Shown here one piece after another: positions 46,019 through 56,574 of a stretch of DNA of 56,924 nucleotides (positions within the stretch are counted from its first letter, which is position 1; each line of letters starts with the position of its first letter). Source of the stretch: Prevotella sp. P5-108. GTDB taxonomy: Bacteria > Bacillota > Clostridia > Lachnospirales > Lachnospiraceae. The translations under genes and the position numbers were made by a program. The notes under the pieces are model-generated. The model searched no databases. It was given only the letters and a program-made list of their open reading frames with translations, and was not told the origin of the DNA. The DNA lies in NCBI GenBank assembly GCA_963645005.1, contig CAVIRL010000001.1:1-56924 (forward strand), written 5' to 3'.

Positions 46019-46114
46019 GTAACTGTTCAGTACCTTCACAGTCACGAGCAAAAATCCATTTAAAATTGCCTTCAACAATGGTTTTTTTGCTTTCTAGCCC
46101 ATGTTTTCTTGCGG
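46019..46114 (+). repeat. MITE/REP-like element, left ~3/4
   Basis: GTAACTGTTCAGTACCTTCACAGTCACGAGCAAAAATCCATTTAAAATTGCCTTCAACAATGG..GCCCATGTTTTC overlaps the copy at 1-104. Confidence 0.85.
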
Positions 46115-46118
46115 CATC

Positions 46119-48377
46119 TTATTTTTCTTTCCTGCGTTCCTCCAGCCTCGTCCGGATCTGCTCCGCTCTGGCGTGGAACTGCTGTCTTCTGGTCACATAG
46201 CGCTCACGGAGTCTTCTTCCGGAGTTCTTCCATTTTTTCTCGATAACGAAACCATCGGTCATGACCAGAAGCGCCGGAAGCAGGGTCAGCACCAGCACCA
46301 GGCTTAAGAAACCGCCCCGGCCGATCAGGTGTCCCAGATCTCCGATGGCTGCCGTGGTGGAGATCATGTATACAATGTATCCCGCCAGAGTGATGATGCC
46401 GCCGGATGTGAAAATGGAGGAGCATGACCGGGTCACGGCCTCGATGCAGGCCTCCTTTTTCGGAAGAGTTGCACGCTTCGCAATGTAGTTGTTGGTGAGC
46501 AGGATCGAGTAATCGACAGTCGCGCCCATCTGGATACTGCTGACGATGATATAACCCATATAGATCATATCCACGCCCTGCACATACGGAACCGCCATAT
46601 TCACAAAAATCGCAACCTCGATGGGGATCATAACCACGATGGGGATCAGCACGGACCGGAAGCTGAACGCCACGACCAGGAACACGCCCAGCAGCGTCAG
46701 CACATTTACCCGGGCATTATCCTGGGTGATGGTTGCCTTGATGTCCTGAGTGGACGGTGTCTCGCCGACCACATAGGAATCATCCGGATAATATTTCTTC
46801 ATGAGATCCCGGATCTGGTCCGTATACTCAAAGGATTTATCACTTTCGCCCTTGGTCCTTATGTACAGCAGCATCCGCGCCGTATCCTTCGTATGAAGCT
46901 GGCTGACGGTGGATTCCGGAAGGAAATCCTCCGGGATGCCCTCCGGCAGCGTATTGGCCATGGAGGTGACACTCTTTACATATGGAAGCTCCTCCAGCTC
47001 ATCGGACAGCTTCTTTTCTGCCACCGGATCATTGTTCGGATAGATTAGAAGCATCATATTGCTCCGGCCAAACTTTGCGGTGATTTCCTGCTCATCGGCA
47101 TATACCTGGGTTCCCGGTGCTCCGCCCACGGCACTGTTGCCGTACTGGAAATTGTTCATCTGCTGCGCCACATAGGCCGGCGGTGTAATAAGAAGCACTG
47201 CCGCCAGAACCAGATAGCGGATATGATACACACCCTTTCCCAGTCTGGTAAAGTCCGGGAAGAAGGACCGGTGTTTGGTCTTATCGTTCCATTTGGTAAA
47301 TTTCAGGATCATGGCCGGCATGAACAGCACCACCGTCAGAAGGCTGAAGACAATACCCTTAGCCAGTACCAGGCCCATATCAAAGCCGATGTTGAACCTC
47401 ATGGTAACCAGCGCCAGGAAGCCTACCACCGTGGTAAGGCTGCTGGCGAAAATGGAGTTGATGGCCTCCTCTACTGCCTTGACAATGGCCTCCTCCTCGG
47501 AAAGCCCGGTATCACGCCAGTTCATGTAGGCATCCAGCAGGAAAATGGAATAGTCCATGGAGGTTGCCAGCTGTAATATGATCGCCACATTGTCCGTCAG
47601 AAAGGAAATCGTGCCGACGAAGATGTTGGTTCCTTTATTTAATAATACCGCCACGCCCATAACCAGCAGAAACAGGATCGGCTCCGTCCATGCCGTTGTT
47701 GCCAGACAGAGCACCACAAAGATCATGATGACTGCCACCACCAGGATCTTGCTCATCTCTGAGTGGGTCGTCTGGATCAGAGATTTGTTCTGCACCGCCA
47801 TGCCGACATAGCAGCCCTTGTCCCCGGTGATGGCCTTCATCTCATCGATGGCCGCCTCGGTCTTTTCGGAGTCGGACTCCTCATCAAAGGTGATATCCAT
47901 GACCGCGCAGCGATCCTTATAGTAATCCTTAATGTCGTCCATGTTGATGAAATCCTCTCCGGCATAGACATTGACCGTGGTGTCACACCAGAGAACCTGA
48001 TCCACGCCGTCAATGGCCTGGATCTTATCCTTATATTGCTTTGCCTCGTAGAGACTTACGTCCTTGAGCATAACCCGGGCTGTTCCCGGATATCCGAACT
48101 CCTCCCTCATGACATCCAGTCCCATGCTGGACTGAGCCGTGGAGGGAACATACTTGGTCAGGTCATAGTTTACATTCACAAACAGCATTGACACCGCACT
48201 GAAAATACAGCCTGCAATGAAGACCGTCTCGATCCAGACCCGTTTTTCAATGATAAAACGCGCCAGGCGGATGGTAAAGCCGATATCCTCCGTGCCGTTT
48301 TGCTGTTTCTTTTCCGCTCCCTTTTTATGGGGCAGAAGTGCTTTGAATCGATCCTTCAGGGATTTTTTTTCTTTCAT
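46119..48377 (-). CDS. MMPL/RND-family transporter
   Basis: Two repeats of extracellular loop plus TM bundle; LQLATSMDYSIFL and IQMGATVDYSILL motifs. Start could be 48401. Confidence 0.9.
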   Translation of the reverse strand: MKEKKSLKDRFKALLPHKKGAEKKQQNGTEDIGFTIRLARFIIEKRVWIETVFIAGCIFSAVSMLFVNVNYDLTKYVPSTAQSSMGLDVMREEFGYPGTARVMLKDVSLYEAKQYKDKIQAIDGVDQVLWCDTTVNVYAGEDFINMDDIKDYYKDRCAVMDITFDEESDSEKTEAAIDEMKAITGDKGCYVGMAVQNKSLIQTTHSEMSKILVVAVIMIFVVLCLATTAWTEPILFLLVMGVAVLLNKGTNIFVGTISFLTDNVAIILQLATSMDYSIFLLDAYMNWRDTGLSEEEAIVKAVEEAINSIFASSLTTVVGFLALVTMRFNIGFDMGLVLAKGIVFSLLTVVLFMPAMILKFTKWNDKTKHRSFFPDFTRLGKGVYHIRYLVLAAVLLITPPAYVAQQMNNFQYGNSAVGGAPGTQVYADEQEITAKFGRSNMMLLIYPNNDPVAEKKLSDELEELPYVKSVTSMANTLPEGIPEDFLPESTVSQLHTKDTARMLLYIRTKGESDKSFEYTDQIRDLMKKYYPDDSYVVGETPSTQDIKATITQDNARVNVLTLLGVFLVVAFSFRSVLIPIVVMIPIEVAIFVNMAVPYVQGVDMIYMGYIIVSSIQMGATVDYSILLTNNYIAKRATLPKKEACIEAVTRSCSSIFTSGGIITLAGYIVYMISTTAAIGDLGHLIGRGGFLSLVLVLTLLPALLVMTDGFVIEKKWKNSGRRLRERYVTRRQQFHARAEQIRTRLEERRKEK

Positions 48378-48429
48378 ATCCGACTCTTGCTGCCTCCTCA
48401 TTCCCTTTGTTTGTTATCTGCCGATGCCT

Positions 48430-49284
48430 CTACCGCATCAGGATCACCAGAAAATAATGCTCTCCGTCCTTCTCGGCATGCGCCATGCCGACACGCCGGT
48501 AGTAATCCAGGGAATCCTTCCGCTTTCCGCTGGAGTCGTATTTGTCCTGGGTCTTGCCGATAAGCTTGTCAAAGGCATCGTCCGCATCCTCGCGGCCGCG
48601 CAGATAAAGCTCTTTATAGCTGGAGCTCTTTCTGTAAGATATCTTTGTCAGGTAATCCTTTAAGGTTCCGTCACCCGGGATGGAATCGCCGCTGTAGCCG
48701 CTTGCCAAAGCTGCCTCAAGCCTGTGTGCCGCGGCCTGGTTCAGCTTTTCATCCATGATGAAGCCGGCATAGCGGTCGTACCGAGTCTTTTCATCCCCGC
48801 TGTACTCCTCCTCCCAGTCCGGATATTCGTCGAAATACAGATCCTTTTTCTCATCATTTAACTGGTCAAACAGAAGCTGGGTCTCTGCATCATAACAGAA
48901 GACCGGATACGCTCCGCCGCCGGTATTCGGCACCCACTGAGCCGTTTTCAGTGTTCCGTTCCAGTTAAACTTATAAAGAGCATTGTCAAACTGAAGATCC
49001 TGCCGGTTTTTGCTGCCGTCCGAAAGAAGATAATACCAGTCATCCCCTTCCTTCACCCAGTTTGCCCGCGCCGTTTCTGTATCCTCCGAATCCACCACCA
49101 GAGTCGTTCCATAGGTGGATGCCGCCTTCGTCTCTGCCACCGCACCGCTTCCCGCCTCGATGGTGGAGGCTGCAAAAGCTGTTACAGGATGATACAGCAG
49201 TACCAGTCCTGCAGCCAAAAGTGCGACATGTAAATGTGGTGTTAAGAATCGTTTGTTTTTGTGCAATTTATCTCGATATTCCAT
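48430..49284 (-). CDS. Secreted protein with a cell-wall-binding repeat and possible CAP-like domain
   Basis: Signal peptide ending AFA; WVKEGDDWYYL; C-terminal DEKLNQAA..R...YRRVGMAH..YFLVIL. Confidence 0.6.
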   Translation of the reverse strand: MEYRDKLHKNKRFLTPHLHVALLAAGLVLLYHPVTAFAASTIEAGSGAVAETKAASTYGTTLVVDSEDTETARANWVKEGDDWYYLLSDGSKNRQDLQFDNALYKFNWNGTLKTAQWVPNTGGGAYPVFCYDAETQLLFDQLNDEKKDLYFDEYPDWEEEYSGDEKTRYDRYAGFIMDEKLNQAAAHRLEAALASGYSGDSIPGDGTLKDYLTKISYRKSSSYKELYLRGREDADDAFDKLIGKTQDKYDSSGKRKDSLDYYRRVGMAHAEKDGEHYFLVILMR

Positions 49285-49521
49285 AAAAAACCTCCGAATT
49301 CCACTTCATTTTCTTGCACTATTATCCATGTATATGCTAAAATACACAAGTATCAGTTTCATTTGAGGTGTTTAAAATGAGACACATTTTAAATTTTTGT
49401 CCAGAAACAGACAATATATTCTGAAAGTGTTGCCAGACGGCTATGGAGACTGCGTGACTACCCCCAAGGCCACACAGACAACGGACTTTCAGATACGGTA
49501 ATGTCAGTTTGATCAGGAAGG

Positions 49522-50136
49522 ATGGAGATCACCATGGCTCAGACCACGAAAAAAAAGACCAGCATCACGGCTCGCCGCACCTATGCGCTTTTGAAGGGAG
49601 CGCTTTTTTCCCAGCTCGCAGCGGTGCCCTTAGAACAACTCACCCTGACCGACATCTGTAATACTGCTCTCATCTCCCGTTCCACCTTCTACCGCTATTT
49701 CGAAGACAAATACGACCTTCTTCACTACTGCCTCGCTTCCATTGTGGAAGAGCTGGGACTGGATGAGGATGTTCTGTATCTCGTCAACCGCGCCTCCGTG
49801 CGCGACTTTCTGATGATCCTGCTGCGTCTCATCGGTGACAACCGCATCCTCTATCATAAAATCTACCAGGCCAACCAGAACGGCGACCTGATGCGCATCA
49901 TCCGCAGCGGACTCATCCGCATCATGAATGACAAGATCCAGGTCGCAGAGCAAAAGGGCTACCGCTTAAAATTGTCTGCCCCTATCTTCACCCGCCTGAT
50001 GACGGATTTTTATTTCGACATCGCCAAATGCTATCTTGAACAGGAGGAGCCCTGTGACCCGGAGCTGTTTGTCAACAATGTCTGTCTGTTTGTAGAGCGG
50101 GACTTCTTCGAACCGCCGAAAAAGGGGCAGCAGTAA
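49522..50136 (+). CDS. TetR/AcrR-family transcriptional regulator
   Basis: LTLTDICNTALISRSTFYRYFEDKYDLL HTH; divergent from the MMPL cluster. Start may be 49534. Confidence 0.92.
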   Translation: MEITMAQTTKKKTSITARRTYALLKGALFSQLAAVPLEQLTLTDICNTALISRSTFYRYFEDKYDLLHYCLASIVEELGLDEDVLYLVNRASVRDFLMILLRLIGDNRILYHKIYQANQNGDLMRIIRSGLIRIMNDKIQVAEQKGYRLKLSAPIFTRLMTDFYFDIAKCYLEQEEPCDPELFVNNVCLFVERDFFEPPKKGQQ

Positions 50137-50143
50137 GGGCAAA

Positions 50144-50190
50144 AAAAGGGCGTGTGAAAAATGTTTTCTTATTTTTCACACGCCCCTTTT
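50144..50190. terminator. Bidirectional terminator-like inverted repeat
   Basis: AAAAGGGCGTGTGAAAAAT...ATTTTTCACACGCCCCTTTT between convergent genes. Confidence 0.75.
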
Positions 50191-50846
50191 GGACTAAAAA
50201 TATTTTTCAAAACAGCATTATTTACACATAAGCAGGATGTAAGGTACTTCAGGATGGTGTGCTCCCGCCTGGTCAGATCATACTTCGCCACTGCCTCTGT
50301 CACGGTTATCTTGTTCATGCCGGTCTCGCCGGATTTATAGAACTGCTCAAGCCGGTAGGCCAGATGATCCTTCAGCATATCCAGCACAAAGATATCATCA
50401 TAATGGAAATCCTCCTTACCGATCGTCCTGTAGAATGTAATAGATCCCAGAAATTTCTTGTGGCGGGCTATGACGATCTGCAGGGCATAATGCCAGTTGT
50501 TTGGCTTGTACACCTTCTTGTAATAATCTGTCTGCACTCTGGCCTCGTCGGATATGATGTCTGATTCCCTGTATATGAGCATCTTGCCGCTGGCAACAAT
50601 GCCTCTGCTGTAATCCAGATCCTCATACAGTTCCGACAGATCCACATCACAATTGTATGTGACCGGATCGCACAGCAGCTTTCCCTCATTCCTGGAAGCC
50701 ATATAAAAATCTGCGCTGTCAAAATCCAGGATCATCCTGAGCTGTTCCAGCAATCCATACCGCATATCGTTGAAGCACTCTGTCGTATGGAGCTTGTATA
50801 TGATATTGTTCAGAATGATCCAGTCGTTGGTTTCCATTTTCCGCAT
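50169..50846 (-). pseudogene. GAF-like/LuxR regulator truncated in its HTH
   Basis: The LuxR start YDLTRREHTILKYL is followed by AT-rich unrelated sequence running into the terminator. The recognition helix is absent. Confidence 0.7.
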
Positions 50847-50901
50847 GCTTTACACCCTCTTTGCCTGTTGATATGCTATCTGAAAAAATTCTCTGTCACT
50901 A

Positions 50902-50945
50902 CAACAAAAGCAAGGAGGCCGCTTCTCCGGCCTCCTTGCTTTTGT
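50902..50945 (-). terminator. Strong hairpin downstream of the histidine kinase
   Basis: AACAAAAGCAAGGAGGCC...GGCCTCCTTGCTTTTGTT. Confidence 0.8.
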
Positions 50946-50989
50946 TGGTTGCAATGGTATCACATTTCAGCTTTACAGTCAATATTTTC

Positions 50990-52222
50990 TCAAATGGGTA
51001 ATTCCACAAGGAAGCGGTTTTCCCGCACTCCATCGGACTCTGCCCGGATCGTTCCTCCATGCAGCCGCGTGATTTCCTGCGCGATGGCAAGGCCAAGGCC
51101 GCAGCCGCCTGTTTTTCCGCGGGACGGATCGGCCCGGTAGAAGCGCTCGAATATCTGCCTCTGCTCTTCCTTTGTGAGGGGCGTTCCCCGGCTGATTACC
51201 GTGATCCGCAGTTTTTTCTCGGTGCTCCGCTTCAAGCTTACCCGGATCGTGCTGTCCGGTTCGCTGTATTTGCAGGCATTGTCTAACAGAATTTCCGCAA
51301 GCTGCTTCAGTCTCTGCTCCTCTCCTTCTATCATCAGACCGGCCTCCACATCAGTCTCGATCTGCTTTCCCTGATCGAAGGCCACAGGTTCAAAGGTCAG
51401 CGCACAGCTTTCGATCAGAAAACTGAGGTCAACCGTGGTCTTTTCTTCAGCCAGACGGCCGGCATCGCTGCGGGCCAGAAACAAAAGCTCCTCCACCAGC
51501 TGCTTCATCCGCCCGGCCTCGGCCTGTATATAACCGATACGGCGTCTGTCCTCCGGATCCTTCAGCTCTGAAGATGCTGCGATCATGCCTGCATTGGATA
51601 AGATGACCGTCAGCGGTGTCTTTAACTCGTGGGAAGCGTCCGCCGCAAACCGGCGCTGCCGCTTCCAGGCTTCCTCCACCGGCTTCACCGCCCAGCCGGA
51701 AAACCATACGGCAAAGATCAGAAGGCTCAGGAATGCACCTGCGCCAATCAGCAGCGAGGAAGTGATCTGGCGCTGCAGGGACTGCTCTTCGGAATAAGTA
51801 TCTCCAAAGGCATAGCGCATAATACCATCCGCACCGGCGTGATCCTTCAGAAAGCGCAGATGCTCCTGCGGCAGCTTTCCAAATTCCTGACCGCTTGCCT
51901 CGACCTGAGAGATCAGGCTCACGGTATCCGGTGTTTCCGATGTATACAATGTATTTTTCAGGATCTGAACCGTTCCCTCCGGTGAAATTTCCAGCACAAG
52001 GATGGGACGTTCTGCACGTCCCTCCGGAGGCGCAGGCATCCCCGGTCCCGGTTTCGGCGATGCTTTCGGCTCCTGCTGCAGCGCACTCCGTAGGGACTCC
52101 AGGCTCCGCGTTTCAAATCCGGATGCTTCCGAATGGTACAGAATCAGAAAGACTGACGCCAGCAGCAGCACAGCAACACCCATGACCATCAGAACCATTT
52201 TTCTTCTCAGCCTTGCGATCAT
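50990..52222 (-). CDS. Membrane sensor histidine kinase
   Basis: Two TMs, FAADASHELKTPL H-box, LLDNACKY N-box, IFERFYRAD, GLGLAIA. Confidence 0.95.
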   Translation of the reverse strand: MIARLRRKMVLMVMGVAVLLLASVFLILYHSEASGFETRSLESLRSALQQEPKASPKPGPGMPAPPEGRAERPILVLEISPEGTVQILKNTLYTSETPDTVSLISQVEASGQEFGKLPQEHLRFLKDHAGADGIMRYAFGDTYSEEQSLQRQITSSLLIGAGAFLSLLIFAVWFSGWAVKPVEEAWKRQRRFAADASHELKTPLTVILSNAGMIAASSELKDPEDRRRIGYIQAEAGRMKQLVEELLFLARSDAGRLAEEKTTVDLSFLIESCALTFEPVAFDQGKQIETDVEAGLMIEGEEQRLKQLAEILLDNACKYSEPDSTIRVSLKRSTEKKLRITVISRGTPLTKEEQRQIFERFYRADPSRGKTGGCGLGLAIAQEITRLHGGTIRAESDGVRENRFLVELPI

Positions 52223-52896
52223 GCCTGCTCCACCTCCAGCCGATAGCCAATGCCTCTGGCCACGGCAATCTTCACATCAGAACCCAGCAGAGTCAGTTTC
52301 TTTCTTAGGAAAGAAACGTAAGCCTCCACGCTGCTCTCGCCCACATCCGTATCATATCCCCAGACTCTGTCAAGAAGCGTTTCCTTGGAAAGATACTGGC
52401 TGGTATGGCTCATAAAGAGCCGCATCATATCCAGCTCCCGGGCGCTTAAGGGAACACGTTTCCCGCCACACTCCAGGGATGAGACAACTGCCATCAGATG
52501 CAAATCTCCGAAGGTCATTTCATTCGCTGTATCCGGCTTCGCCCGCCGCAGGATCGTCCGCAGGCAGGCCAGAAGCTCCTCATTTTCAAAGGGCTTGGTC
52601 AGATAATAATCCGCACCGGCATCCAGGCCGCACACCCGGTCCTCCAGACCTGACCGTGCTGTCAGCATCAGCACCGGCGTCTGTTCTCCGGCCTCCCGCA
52701 GCTGCCGCAATACCGTGTAACCATCCATGCCGGGAAGCATCACATCCAGGACAATGGCATCGTAGTCACCGCTTTTTGCGCGCTCCAGACCGGTCAGCCC
52801 GTCTCCTGCCGTATCCGCACCGTAGCCTGCATTCCGAAGCAGATCGGCCACCGTGGCCGCCAGACGCTTTTCATCTTCAATGATCAGGATCCTCAT
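52219..52896 (-). CDS. OmpR/PhoB-family response regulator (CiaR-like)
   Basis: ILIIEDE, LDVMLP, LTAR, GADYYLTKPF, VWG..VEAYVSFLRKKL..RGIGY. Confidence 0.95.
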   Translation of the reverse strand: MRILIIEDEKRLAATVADLLRNAGYGADTAGDGLTGLERAKSGDYDAIVLDVMLPGMDGYTVLRQLREAGEQTPVLMLTARSGLEDRVCGLDAGADYYLTKPFENEELLACLRTILRRAKPDTANEMTFGDLHLMAVVSSLECGGKRVPLSARELDMMRLFMSHTSQYLSKETLLDRVWGYDTDVGESSVEAYVSFLRKKLTLLGSDVKIAVARGIGYRLEVEQA

Positions 52897-52934
52897 GGCA
52901 TTTCATCAGCTCCTCTGTCGAATATCGCTTTTCG

Positions 52935-54203
52935 TTAGACATTTCCTGTCAGCCAGGCAACAATAAAGAATACAGCAAAGCCGAAAAGATAGACGAGTCC
53001 GACAATGGACAGCACCCGCAGCCAGGGCTGGATCTTATGCTCCTTCGTATTTACCAGATTGTAGTTCAATACGGCAAATACAGGTGTGGTAATAAAGGAC
53101 GCTATCATGGCAAATCTGAGCATGGTCGCAACATTGCCTGAGAAGAGATAAACAATGATCAGACCGATGGCAGAGGTTGCCGTTGTCCAAATGGCGAGAG
53201 GTCGTTTTCCGGATTCCTTCCTGTCCAGAAGAAGACGAAGCGCCTCATTATTGGCCCGGGAATAACCGTCGATAACGGTAAGCACCGTGCCGAAAATGCA
53301 AAGGAATGCGATAAATGTGATAAGAAGCCTTGACCAGCTGCCGAATACCGATGCATACATATTGACAAACTGGGCGATATATGCCGCAGATGCACTCAAA
53401 ACCTCTTCCCCTGAGCCAAACTGGATCAGAGCACCCAGGGCACAGAAGATCACTGCCAGGATTGCTGTTCCGATATAGCCGACATTAAAGTCAAAGAATA
53501 CATCCTGAAGAGACATATTGCTGACCTGTTTTCTTTTTTCCACCTGCCACATGGAGTTGATCGCCGAAATCTCGATTGGGCAGGGCATCCAGCCCATGAG
53601 AGAAACTATGAACGGAAGGGCTGCCAGACGCCAGGGTGTCGGAGCCTCAAACCCCGGTGCATACTCACGGTGTCTGAACAGTGCGATCACCACGGCTAAG
53701 GTCGTGGCAACGGTGAGCGCCGTCATAACCCATTTTGACAGGCTGTCCAGGAACTTATAACCGCCGATCAGAAGCATTGCCCAGATGATCACAATGATGA
53801 TGGTTGTGAGCTGGGAAAGAGAAAGCCCGAAGCCATTCGGCGCAATGTTAAAAAGGATCGCCGCACAGAGAATGCCGACGCCTGCGGTGTTCACGAGTGC
53901 AGAAAACACATTTAATGCGAAGAAAACCACAAGCCAGCCTTTTCCTCTTTCCGCATAACCCTCGATGAGTGATTTGTTGTTTTCCATGGTGTACTGAGAA
54001 CCAAAGCGGAAAAATGGATATTTCAAAATATTGATCAGAATGATCAGGATAGCCATCTGCCAGCCGTAAATGGCTCCCGCCTGTGTCGATGAAACGATAT
54101 GGGAGCCGCCGACTGCGGCAGATGCCATGAGAATTCCGGGTCCAAGGGCCCTGGCCTTGGATTTCCAGGTTGAATTTTGCGGTGTTTCGAGTGATTTAGA
54201 CAT
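52935..54203 (-). CDS. NRAMP-family divalent metal transporter-like protein
   Basis: LGPGILMASAAVGGSHIVSSTQAGA.YG, KYPFFRFG, LMGWMP; multi-TM. Start ATG 54203 after AGGAGG. Confidence 0.85.
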   Translation of the reverse strand: MSKSLETPQNSTWKSKARALGPGILMASAAVGGSHIVSSTQAGAIYGWQMAILIILINILKYPFFRFGSQYTMENNKSLIEGYAERGKGWLVVFFALNVFSALVNTAGVGILCAAILFNIAPNGFGLSLSQLTTIIIVIIWAMLLIGGYKFLDSLSKWVMTALTVATTLAVVIALFRHREYAPGFEAPTPWRLAALPFIVSLMGWMPCPIEISAINSMWQVEKRKQVSNMSLQDVFFDFNVGYIGTAILAVIFCALGALIQFGSGEEVLSASAAYIAQFVNMYASVFGSWSRLLITFIAFLCIFGTVLTVIDGYSRANNEALRLLLDRKESGKRPLAIWTTATSAIGLIIVYLFSGNVATMLRFAMIASFITTPVFAVLNYNLVNTKEHKIQPWLRVLSIVGLVYLFGFAVFFIVAWLTGNV

Positions 54204-54344
54204 ATTATTACCTCCTGGATTCATCAATATGCATCTTTTGCCTTTTCACCTGTGCAGTATACCACAATTCGCAGGACAAATGCAGGACGAATCGCACAAA
54301 TTGTCAGACAGATATCCGGGCATTTTTAGTAGTAATGCCTGTAT

Positions 54345-54563
54345 TTACCGCTGAAAATACTGTTCAATCTCTTCTGTAAAGGTCTCGATGGTTTCTTTCT
54401 TGTCCGGCCGGAGTCCCTTTTTTGTGACCAGACAGCAGGTTCGCTTCGGTGGATTCTCCAGGAGCTTTAAAATATATCCATCCTCCGGCATCAGAGCAGC
54501 CGCCACCGATTGCGGCAGGATTGCCCAATCCTCCGGCTCTGTCAGAAATCTACCGGGAAATGC
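54345..54563 (-). pseudogene. C-terminal remnant of a LysR-type substrate-binding domain
   Basis: Hand translation AFPGRFLTEPEDWAILPQSVAAALMPEDGYILKLLENPPKRTCCLVTKKGLRPDKKETIETFTEEIEQYFQR*; no N-terminus or HTH. Confidence 0.55.
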
Positions 54564-56480
54564 TCAGACCGCAGCACTCATATATTTCTTCAGGATCGGT
54601 ACCAGCAGGTTCATATCGATCGGCTTCGCAACGAAATCATCCATCCCAACGGAAATTGCCTTCTGCCTGTCTTCTTCAAAGGCATTTGCAGTCATGGCAA
54701 TGATTGGAATCCGGGCTTTTGTTCCATCGTTCAGCATTCTGATCCGGGCGGTTGCGTCATAGCCATCCATCACAGGCATCTGGATATCCATCAGAATAAG
54801 CTGATAATACCCATGATCTGATTTTTCCAGCATTTCCAGGCATGCCACACCGTTTTCGGCTCTGTCAACGATGAGTGCCTCTCTTCCCAGCAGCTCAATG
54901 GCAATTTCCGCATTCAGGTCATTGTCTTCAACCAGCAGGATCCGTTTGCCCGACAGCTCACGGTCTGCCGGATGCTCTGCTGCTTCCCCGGGGTGGCATT
55001 CCTCTTCACTGGCTATGCGGCACGGGATCGTAATGGTAAATTTAGAGCCTTCACCCTGTCGACTTTTTATTTCTATGGTTCCGTCCATCAGATCCACAAG
55101 CTTTTTCACAATCCCCATCCCCAGGCCGCTGCCCTCAATTCCGCTGACCGTGGAGGTACGCTCTCTTGAAAAATAGTCAAAAATGTGCTGCTGAAATTCC
55201 TCTGACATGCCTATGCCATCATCCTCCACGGAAATTTCTGTATAGCACCATCCGGCATTCCTGTGAGGATACTGCTTCAGCTCACAGCGAATATGACCAT
55301 TGTTTCCTGTGTATTTGATCGCATTGCTTACCAGATTAAGAAGGATCTCAGATAATCTGGAAGGATCTATGTAAATATACGGATATACGATATCTCTGTT
55401 CACAGTCAGCTCCTGATGCTTTTTCGCAGCAGCACTGTAAAAGATATCCACATCAAAATCGATGCCGGTCTCTGTTTTCACCGGGATCACCTCCAGAACC
55501 GTTGAGTTATTCTCGATCCTGGCCAATTCCAGTATGTTATCAAGGATCGACAGCATTTTTTCGCTGCAGACGTATATTTTTTTCATGTAATCCTTCAGTA
55601 CATCCGGTTCGTCAAGATGATCACCGGCCAGCTCCGCATAGCCTATGATCGCATTCATCGGAGTGCGGATATCATGGGACATATTAAACAGAAACGTTGA
55701 TTTCGCCCGGTTTGCTGCCTGGGCCGCATCGGCTGCCTCGGCCAACGCATGCTTCTGTTCTTTTTCTCTCATCTGCTGCTGACGAATTGTAACAAAAATG
55801 CCAAAGCTCAGCAGAACAAGCATAACAACTGCGATCGCCCCGACTGCAAATGAGGTACGGTTGCTCTTTTCCACCAACGCATAGGCAGCTTCCATATCCA
55901 TTTCGACGCAGAGCGTTCCGATCACTTCATCCGGATCATCATTTGCTGTCACCGGATAACAGGCGGTAAAAATATGTCCCCATGTGGTATCCACGATTTC
56001 CTGGGAATAAACCGTCTCACCATTGAGTGCCCTTTCGATATAGGGTATCATCTCATCTTCAATATAATCTCCCGGATTTCTGAAATCAGCAGCATCCGGA
56101 TCCAGGCCGTCTACCAGATAAACCAGCCTGCCCTCTTTATTTCTTGTCGCAGTATAAAAGTAACGGATCGCGTTCAGATGGCGGATTTCATTCAGCCTCG
56201 TCTGGATCCGCTTATATCTGTCTGTGTTTCTGTCAGCCTTATCGCTTATCTCAGAAAAATCCGCCCGGTCCAGTTCATTGCCGATCAGCTTATGAACCGC
56301 ATCTGAGCATGCTTTGTCACGTTCCACCTCCGATGACAGAGCATTCGCTGTGTAGGCTTTCTGCAGCACAAACGTATAGGTTGCTACCAACAGGATCGCA
56401 AGAAAAAGCAGCAGGACGATAACATTCAGATATCCGCTGATCGTATAAATCACATTTTTATTATCACGGTTTTTCTTCAT
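54564..56480 (-). CDS. Hybrid sensor histidine kinase/response regulator
   Basis: Two TMs flanking a Cache-like loop, FLFNMSHDIRTPMNAI, NLVSNAIKYT, GSGLGM, C-terminal receiver ILLVEDN..LMDIQMP..KP. Confidence 0.95.
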   Translation of the reverse strand: MKKNRDNKNVIYTISGYLNVIVLLLFLAILLVATYTFVLQKAYTANALSSEVERDKACSDAVHKLIGNELDRADFSEISDKADRNTDRYKRIQTRLNEIRHLNAIRYFYTATRNKEGRLVYLVDGLDPDAADFRNPGDYIEDEMIPYIERALNGETVYSQEIVDTTWGHIFTACYPVTANDDPDEVIGTLCVEMDMEAAYALVEKSNRTSFAVGAIAVVMLVLLSFGIFVTIRQQQMREKEQKHALAEAADAAQAANRAKSTFLFNMSHDIRTPMNAIIGYAELAGDHLDEPDVLKDYMKKIYVCSEKMLSILDNILELARIENNSTVLEVIPVKTETGIDFDVDIFYSAAAKKHQELTVNRDIVYPYIYIDPSRLSEILLNLVSNAIKYTGNNGHIRCELKQYPHRNAGWCYTEISVEDDGIGMSEEFQQHIFDYFSRERTSTVSGIEGSGLGMGIVKKLVDLMDGTIEIKSRQGEGSKFTITIPCRIASEEECHPGEAAEHPADRELSGKRILLVEDNDLNAEIAIELLGREALIVDRAENGVACLEMLEKSDHGYYQLILMDIQMPVMDGYDATARIRMLNDGTKARIPIIAMTANAFEEDRQKAISVGMDDFVAKPIDMNLLVPILKKYMSAAV

Positions 56481-56574
56481 CTCCGCCTCCTCAGATCGTA
56501 ACTGTACCGTTCCGTTTCGTCACAGTTATCATTACTCATAGACGCATCGGGTACAATAAATTCTTTCTTCTGTC

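Noticed and set aside
54204..54345. yybP-ykoY Mn riboswitch before the NRAMP-like gene
   Set aside because: The leader is short (extended -10 TATACT at ~54257-54262) and lacks the recognisable consensus.
54345..54566. Programmed TGA readthrough or selenocysteine extending the hybrid kinase
   Set aside because: The receiver domain is complete before the stop and the downstream frame looks like an unrelated LysR tail. In-frame adjacency has a one-in-three chance.
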